Source of the DNA: Anthoceros angustus
Lineage: Eukaryota; Plantae; Anthocerotophyta
Direction of reading: 5' to 3'
Length of the DNA stretch: 17,311 bases
Assembly: GCA_010909165.1 (NCBI GenBank)
Contig: VJWM01000404.1
Coordinates: 1-17,311 of the forward strand
Shown: positions 10,850 to 17,311 of the stretch, in pieces
Layout: the number at the start of each line of letters is the position of its first letter
Position numbering within the stretch: the first letter of the stretch is position 1
Program-made: the position numbers and the translations under genes
The notes under the pieces: model-generated
What the model saw: the letters and a program-made list of their open reading frames with translations, nothing else
Database searches by the model: none
Told to the model about the DNA's origin: nothing

Positions 10850-12213
10850 TTATGAGCCTTTGACTTGGAAAGTGAGCCAGATGCTCTGTGGCCATGCAGG
10901 GCCAGAATGACAAAAGAGAAGACTGCCCTGCTCATGCGACATGTTTCCCTGTCTGACGGTGGAATACTGTCCCCAATACATAATAATTCCAGTTCCAGTG
11001 ATCTGACTGGGTGACGAATAAAGAACGACTCCAGCCAATCTGGTGATCCCTCGTGGTCGGTCATCTTCCGGCGTGCCCACAAGCCAAGGCAGGCTCAGTG
11101 TGATAGGGTTATCCGCGAGTACCTTCCAGCCTGTGTTGTCCGCAGGGGAAACCTCGAACCTGCGGGCCAACCGATGCAGATCCTACACCAGGTACTCTGA
11201 TGTCGTGTCACCACAGACTTCCTCCCGCTGCATCCTTCCAAAGCTTGCAACCTGATTGGCCATTGCGGAACTTGGGTAGGGACCACGGGAGCTCACACAT
11301 GCCTCCTCTCCCACACTCCTGTTCCTCAGTCCCCCTTCCGGTCCCACTCTGCAAACAACTCCCAGTCTCCCCAGAGAGAAGCAGGCAAAGAAACCCTGTC
11401 AGACCAGCTGAGACCCTGAGTCAAGTCTCAGGTGAGAGACCATCCTCCATTGGCCTGACCCAGGCCCAGGCTCCTGCAGTCCGGAATAGCATGCCACAAA
11501 ACGCGGAAGCCGCTCCTCCTCTCCATCCAGCAAGTTGCAGTAAACGATTCTCGGCCCCGAGGTGATGAGGATTTGCACTGACGCGTGCATCCGTCACGGC
11601 ACGGCATCACATTGGCAGCTGATGATTGTACACTTGCAGAGCACGACACATGTGCATACCGCCATTGGGGCCTGGGCTACCGCAGCCCGGGCTCCATTTC
11701 CCATAGGCTGCACGCTGCGCAGCAGACTGTCCCAATTAAGGAAGCCGAAGCAATGCCCATATCCCATATCCACGCAAGGAGTTGACGATGGTAGCAGCCC
11801 AGCCCTGACTCGCCCCTCGAGCCCAGCCCAGTCTGGTGTGGATAATTTCATGGGCAGTGTAGAATCGAGACGGCCGCGTCCGGTGCCGTAGAAAGCATGG
11901 AGGCTCGGTTTCATACGTCCTGAGGGCGAGCAGCAGGAGGACGTCAAGTTGAAGGCGGTTCGGGCCCCGCACGTCACAGAGATGCTGCTTTCCTTTTGTG
12001 GCAACGTGCAAGGAGACCAGGATACAGGAGAAGAGATCCCAGGTGCCGACATGTGGCTTTCCTGTCAGGCTTTCCTTCCGCACATGGCGGATGGCGGGGG
12101 GCCTTGCTCTGTGCGGCCAGGCTGGTGCTGGTGGCTTGAGCTGACGCCGTCGTTGGATTTCTCGGCCCGCGCATTCGGAATGGCCGCGGCATCTCTCACG
12201 CTACATGGGGCAT
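10850..12213 (-). pseudogene. Fragmented protein-coding gene, possibly F-box with beta-propeller/kelch-like C-terminus (disrupted by real decay or assembly error)
   Basis: Protein-like segments continue across frames: WDLFSCILVSLHVATKGK/AASL*RA (F-box-like), then GSPGPNG|VQILITSGPRIVYCNLLDGEEERLPRFVACYSG..GQWRMVSHL across an 82-nt GT-AG intron (11659-11578) that keeps the frame, then CELPWSLPKF, RRFEVSPADNTGWKVLADNP..FQVKGS*. The repeated W-x-x-L/V motifs resemble propeller blades. The family call is by eye only. Confidence 0.45.
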
Positions 12214-12670
12214 ATTCTCTCTAAACAACCCAACCCTAACCCAATAATGATCGCCTGTTGCCGTGCGCCACCCTTAACCGTTAACCTACGCGCTGCACTG
12301 CCGGTCGCTGCTTCCGGTTTCCAGTTCGGGTACCTCTTGCATGACTCTATCACGACCATACTTTTGGTACCCTTGTTGCATACTGTAGGGGCCTACAATT
12401 CTTAAGAAAAATTAAATTACTTTTTATTTTTACAATACACCTAGCTGCAAGAAAGGAGGTCCTCAACCAACGGCAACAAATGATCATCCAAAACACATTT
12501 AGGTCTTATATCACTGAGGATGCCAAACTACTAGTGTAGTCTTACTATTTCACCTTTGTTGAGAGGGAAAGAGACTAGAAGAAAAAAGAGATGGGAAATC
12601 CTATTTACCCCGAGACGAAGGGGAACAACCCTCAAGAGGGCACCAGGCCAGGGAGAACTAGCTCCCGCGA

Positions 12671-13740
12671 TCACTTGAAACTACCTACTTCTACGAGAAT
12701 GTCGTGGTCTAGGATATGAAAGGGCCTACATACCATCAGGTGCCAAAGATGCGCATTCCTACACTTGCTACCATTCTCAGACGTGTGTTGGCCAACACCT
12801 CGCAAGGCGATGGACACTCGTTGCCTAAAGCAACCACACAAGAAAGCGGAGACCAACCCCATTCTTACGGCCAGGGAAAGCCTGGCACAGCCTTGATGAA
12901 CTTGAAGAAATCCTTGCCATGGCCGGTGAGTCTCGATGTCAAAGGGGATGAATGCGTGGCCTTCTTGTATGGGTGAGTACTTGTAAACCTTTGTTGTCGC
13001 GCATCCCTCCGCCGGCGAACCCGGAGGGTTGATGATAACATGCTCGCAAAGCTGATCCCGAGTAGGGTTTGTTACAACCACATCCATTAACAAAACCTGC
13101 CCTGTGCCGAAGCGATCAACCCCGAGAGAACGCTGAACAGTATGTATGGGCGCCCTATAGGGCAAGAACCCGCCTCCTTCGCCATCAAGAACATGACGTC
13201 GGACGTGGCGTCATGCGTAGCGATGCAATCCGGGCTAGTGGGCACCCAGCCAGTGGGTCCCAGAGTGATCGAGGGGGCCCCACAACTACATGCCAAGAGA
13301 GCAGCCAAAGGTTGGACCAAAAGCGGAACCTCGTCGGTAGAAAAGAAAGCCGGTGATTCAAAAGCCTAGATGCAAAGTCATGCCGGCGAAGAACCTGCCT
13401 TCCCGAGCTCGAGGGTTGGGAAATCGAGAAATCGGAAAGAGAAGTTCCGGGCTGCCAGCCGCCCGTACTACTCTCTGAGGGAGGCTTAAAGCCCACAACT
13501 CAACCTCAAGAACGAGGAAAAGTGGACGATGATGACACTAGCCTTAGAGGATATAGATCTCCAAACCATCCTCAAAGACACGTGCAAGGGGAAGGCCCTC
13601 TCCTCAACGTCCGAGACGAAGGTCTCCAAGATGCGCGAATTAACAAACGAGAGGCTAGGATGGGGGCAGAGAAAGGCCGCCGGCGTAGATGCCTCCATGG
13701 CCAATAAACTTGTGCGGTTAAGTTGCGATATCAATACAAA
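12671..13740 (-). mobile_element. 5'-truncated, degenerate non-LTR retrotransposon with restriction-like endonuclease (CRE-like clade)
   Basis: In order on the minus strand: post-RT thumb segment (STPAAFL..LETFVSDVEERAFPLHVSLR, 13734-13486), zinc-knuckle region (CSCG..IATHDATSDVMFLMAKEAG, ~13293-13200), then RLE motifs (GVD..LLMDVVVTNPTRDQL..TKVYKY..FIPFDIETH..FRQRVSIAL, ~13120-12800). The RT core is absent. The 3' end may extend to the T-rich tract at ~12420. Confidence 0.75.
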
Positions 13741-14024
13741 TGATCTATAGCCCCAAATACTAGGACATAAAAAGCAGGTTTTAATATGATAAATCTAAAA
13801 GTTTTCCTTGAGTTTTGAGGTTTTGCCTACTCTAATTGCCAAACCACCATTCAACTACTATGGATCTATGATATAATTTTATCCACTATTGAGATATAAG
13901 CATCTCAAACTACTATATATGCTATGTTTATGTCATATTTATTATGAGAGCTAGTGAATAGTTACATGAGTATAACACAAGACAAAATATATTTCGCTTT
14001 AACAAGGCTTTGAGTCAAGTGAAA

Positions 14025-14561
14025 ATGGACATGCTAAATGGTGCAAATGTGACACACTCAATGTACGATGGCAAGGAGCCAAAAGATTGTAATGTTTGTC
14101 TTGATCCTATTCTAAAAGACCAAGAGATCATCATCATGGTGAATGCATGTGGTCACCTTTTCCACAACCAATGTTTGATGGGATGGATTAGAAGGAATCA
14201 TTCCACATGTCCCATCTCTAGAGGTGATATATTTTCTCATGAGGACGAGGCCAATGAGAATGAGGATGAGGAGGACGACGACGACGACGAGGATTTGAGC
14301 ATGAGGATGAGGACGAGGATGAGGTTGAGGGAGGATGACGATGACGATGACGACGAGGATGCAGGGATGAGGATGAGGATACGGACGGGGATGAGCATGA
14401 GGTTGAGGGAGACAAGGATGACAGCGACGACGAGGATCCGGGGACGACCTCCAGGAGGACGAGGTTGAGGGAGACGAGGACGACAATAATGTCGAGAATT
14501 CGGGGATGAGGATGAGGTAGAGGTAGAGGATCTAGATGAGTACTATGTAGGAGAGTTTTGA
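14025..14561 (+). CDS. RING-H2 zinc-finger protein (last Cys replaced by Ser) with long Asp/Glu-rich C-terminal tail after frameshift repair
   Basis: C-x2-C-x16-C-x-H-x2-H-x2-C-x11-C-x2-S (CNVC..CGHLFHNQC..W..CPIS). About five 1-2 nt restorations, mostly at G runs, give a continuous acidic tail ending ..EDEVEVEDLDEYYVGEF* (TGA 14559-14561). A possible upstream exon may join at the AAG acceptor just before 14007. Confidence 0.7.
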
Positions 14562-14795
14562 GTTTTATTAACCTGTGCGGACATCTCCCCTCCTCTTCCC
14601 CTCTTTTTTCATTTCGGCTCTATTTGTTTTATGATAAGGATGAGGACGACGACGACGAGGATTCGTGGATGAGGATGAGAATGAGGTTGAGGAGACAAGG
14701 ATGACGATGACAACAAGGATTCGGGGATGAGGATGAGGTTGTGGGAGACGAGGAGGACGACAACGTCGAGGATTCGGGGATGAGGACGAGGAAGA
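14270..14795 (+). repeat. Degenerate ~45-75 nt minisatellite built from GAC/GAT/GAG triplets, about 7 units in two blocks
   Basis: Unit approximates GACGACGACGAGGATTCGGGGATGAGGATGAGGTTGAGGGAGACAAGGAT: about four copies in 14270-14530 and three in 14636-14795, separated by a pyrimidine-rich spacer. Confidence 0.8.
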
Positions 14796-15083
14796 TAACA
14801 ACTCCACAGTTACAGTTGCAGCATGCAGGCGGATTTGTAGTGGGATGCGGTGCCATCCCCTTAGTTGTTAGAAAAAAGTTTTTAAATTGTCCCAGCGTTT
14901 GGGCGCGCTGGTCTCCCTCGTGCGAGGTCTAAAGTGCAAGGTCACATTGTGAATATTAATGATGATAATGAAAGCAATGGCATGCCGACAACAATTAAAT
15001 CTTGAGTCGCTCCCAATCCACATGAGGTTCCAAGGCAACCATTTGTCTTTGTCACACATGTACACTACACAGGAGAGAACGAG

Positions 15084-15267
15084 CTACATCCATTTGCGAA
15101 CCCATACTTTTCCATCAGCTGCACAGAAACAAGAGCTGGACGAGGTGAGAACAACACAAGCATTACCTACAGCGTGAGGCTGGGAGCTTACACGCATACA
15201 GTGATGAAAATAGGTAATGTAAGCGCTAGAGATGTAGGGGCCTTACATCTTGAGAGCGGGAGGAGTC
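15084..15267 (-). other. Possible 3'-terminal mini-exons of an unidentified gene
   Basis: TTACTAG|ACTCCTCCCGCTCTCAAGAT|GTAAGG (~15267-15248), CCCAG|CCTCACGCTGTAG|GTAATG (15179-15167), then a 48-nt intron ending TTTCTGTGCAG|CTGATGGAAAAGTATGGGTTCGCAAATGGATGTAG (15118-15084). Spliced reading is ..PHAVADGKVWVRKWM* or ..TPPALKILTL*. No upstream exons found. Confidence 0.3.
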
Positions 15268-15749
15268 TAGTAAATACAAAACTTGCAATTTGAATATGCC
15301 ATTAACATGTTGCGTAAGAGACCTTGTGAGGATGGATCCGGATCCATTACACAATCAAAGTCTTATTCGTCCTCATTATCTTATTACATTAGCAATGCTC
15401 AAGACTCTGCATAGTTGTTCTCAAGTCTACATCCAAAATGATGGGTCATGGTTAATTATTTGCATTTATAGGGCACTATTTGCTCAAGATTATAGCCGTT
15501 GCTTGAGAGTCCCAAGAATATCTTGACACACATCGCATCATTCCTAGGTAATGACATGGGTTGCTTGAGTAGTCGATAGATCGTTGGCGATCTGCGACTA
15601 ACCTTTAGGCGTATTAATTGGCAAGGCCGAATTGAGCACGACGAGGGAGGCCGGTGAGTTATGAGCTTGTAGTACAGCTGGTACCTAAACTTCTAGTGAC
15701 CACTCGTATGCGAATAGGACAGCTGAAGCCGGTTACTCGATATCAATAA

Positions 15750-17311
15750 ATATATCCACAAAAATTTAAAGTCCAAGAATTATAATCTAATATGAAAAGA
15801 TGAGGAGAATATGTGTTTAGTATATTACTACTATAAAGTGATAAAATATATACTACCTTGCTATTAAAATAACAGAAAATATTTTATGAGGCACCAAAAA
15901 CTCTAGCCCCCTACGATACTAGGTGTTGTACTTAAAGGGATCTCTCCTCCTTATCAATATTTTAGTTTTTGTTGAATTCATTGAAGTACCTCGTAAAGAT
16001 TAGTCCAAGATCCTTTTCTCATAGCTTAGTACAAATATCGTTAATTTTGTTAAATATGCAGCAAGAAGAAATTCATAATATTTGATTAAAAAATTATGTA
16101 GCACTAGTAATTTAGAAAATAGAATTAGTCAGCACTATCAACTCTATAAATTGCTATAGCACAACATAAATTAATTAAGTTTAAAAAGTACCAAATTTTT
16201 ACATGAAATGAGTGACTTAAAACTAAAAAGTGCTAATGGCAAGTGCGCTAAACTGTATGCGCACCACATTACTAGAGCGGAAAGTAGATGGATCCAAGCT
16301 TTGTGTGTAGAGCTACTTGTAGATTTGCGAGGTATTGTTGCATAGAGTAGTTGCCCTTAAAAGCTTTGTAGCTATTGTTGTCTGAGTAGCTAGATCTAGG
16401 GATTTACGTGAGATATTGCTGCATAGGGCCGGATGATAGTTCTTTGGTACTCTTATATATTCTTTTGTGCCAAAACATATCCTATGGCCCCTTTGAACAA
16501 TTTTCGTTGTTGTTTAAGCCCTTGAGCTAGCATACCTTCATCCAACATTTTGTTGCTCGTCACTTGTTAAACAGTATGTGTACATCGGCATCCTATCCCG
16601 GATATACAAGAAGGAAAGCATGATTATTTGATAAAGAAATATAGAACTCAATATTGTGCAATATCACAGTTCTTTATAAAATGTTACAGCACAAAGTAAG
16701 TTCTAGCATGTTGCTACTATAATATTTCATTCAAATATTTGGCACTAGTGTTGTTGCTGCACCAACAATTTAAGAAAAGTATTGCATGCCTTCATTGGTC
16801 TAGATTTATTGTATCTAGACTTATTACATTCTTTTTCCTTTGAGATATTTTAAATATCTAAAACTGCAACCACGTCCTCATCATTGTACATCCTAATTTT
16901 GGATTTTCGGACACTCACTTAATGATGTGAAAACTTGCTCCTCGTCTTGTTAGATTCTCTCATGTGCCCGTTTCTTCTTTTTCTCATTGTAATGTACCAT
17001 TCTCGTTCTCTTGAATGTCTAGTTATTATTTTTCTCATTAAATTGGGGTGCGGTACTTGTTGTTATTCTATTGGTCTTATTATTGATGCACTTTTGCTGA
17101 TGCAATAAGCGCTTTATTATATTGCATTGGTTGTTATTGTGGTTGCTTTGGTATTATGGTTGTATTCTTGTTGTGGTTGCATCGGTTGTTGCGATTGGGA
17201 TCCAAAAATCGCAAGTAATAACTCACACTTGGACATTCAAGGTAATAACTCTTACTTGGGTAATTTAATATTTTGATGAACAAGCCTCATCACCAATCGG
17301 TAAATTGAAGG
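15750..17311. other. AT-rich non-coding DNA, probably decayed transposon or intergenic sequence
   Basis: The ORF track has nothing of 60 aa or more after 15526. The region is visibly AT-rich, with short degenerate repeats (16321-16345 vs 16400-16426; TGTTGTGGTTGC-like at 17120-17195). Confidence 0.5.

Noticed and set aside
14112-14856. Minus-strand Ser/Pro/His-rich ORFs
   Set aside because: Antisense shadows of the GAC/GAT/GAG repeat.
15332-15347. Perfect 16-bp palindrome ATGGATCCGGATCCAT
   Set aside because: Isolated, with no supporting context; probably a small local duplication of GGATCC.
16243-16275. GTGCGC/GCGCAC hairpin followed by CTAG, resembling a Helitron 3' end
   Set aside because: The stem is only 6 bp with a 10-nt loop, CTAG is followed by A rather than T, and no matching 5' end was identified.
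1-17311. The genes as one functional cluster or novel pathway
   Set aside because: Vesicle tethering, peptide signalling, Met excision, Fe-S assembly and ubiquitin-related genes share no evident pathway; adjacency is expected in a compact genome.

Overview
Nuclear DNA of a land plant. The compact layout with short GT-AG introns (mostly about 50-200 bp) suggests a lycophyte/bryophyte-type genome such as Selaginella; this is inference only. Positions ~1-12.2 kb are gene-dense: VPS53/HIT1 (minus, 3' end off-window), a DEVIL/ROTUNDIFOLIA (DVL/RTFL) small-peptide gene missed by the ORF track (minus), methionine aminopeptidase MAP1A (minus), the cytosolic Fe-S assembly factor NAR1 (plus, divergent from MAP1A) and a fragmented, possibly F-box/beta-propeller gene (minus). 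The right third holds a 5'-truncated restriction-like-endonuclease LINE (CRE-like), a RING-H2 gene with a long acidic tail plus a duplicated tail block, possible orphan mini-exons and AT-rich non-coding DNA. Almost every gene carries many 1-3 nt deletions, mostly in homopolymer runs. This is most likely uncorrected long-read consensus error, so all gene models are manual reconstructions from remembered Arabidopsis homologues. I see no convincing evidence of a novel multi-gene system. The best leads are the DVL peptide with an MGQCFS N-terminus, the CRE-like element and the RING/acidic-tail architecture.
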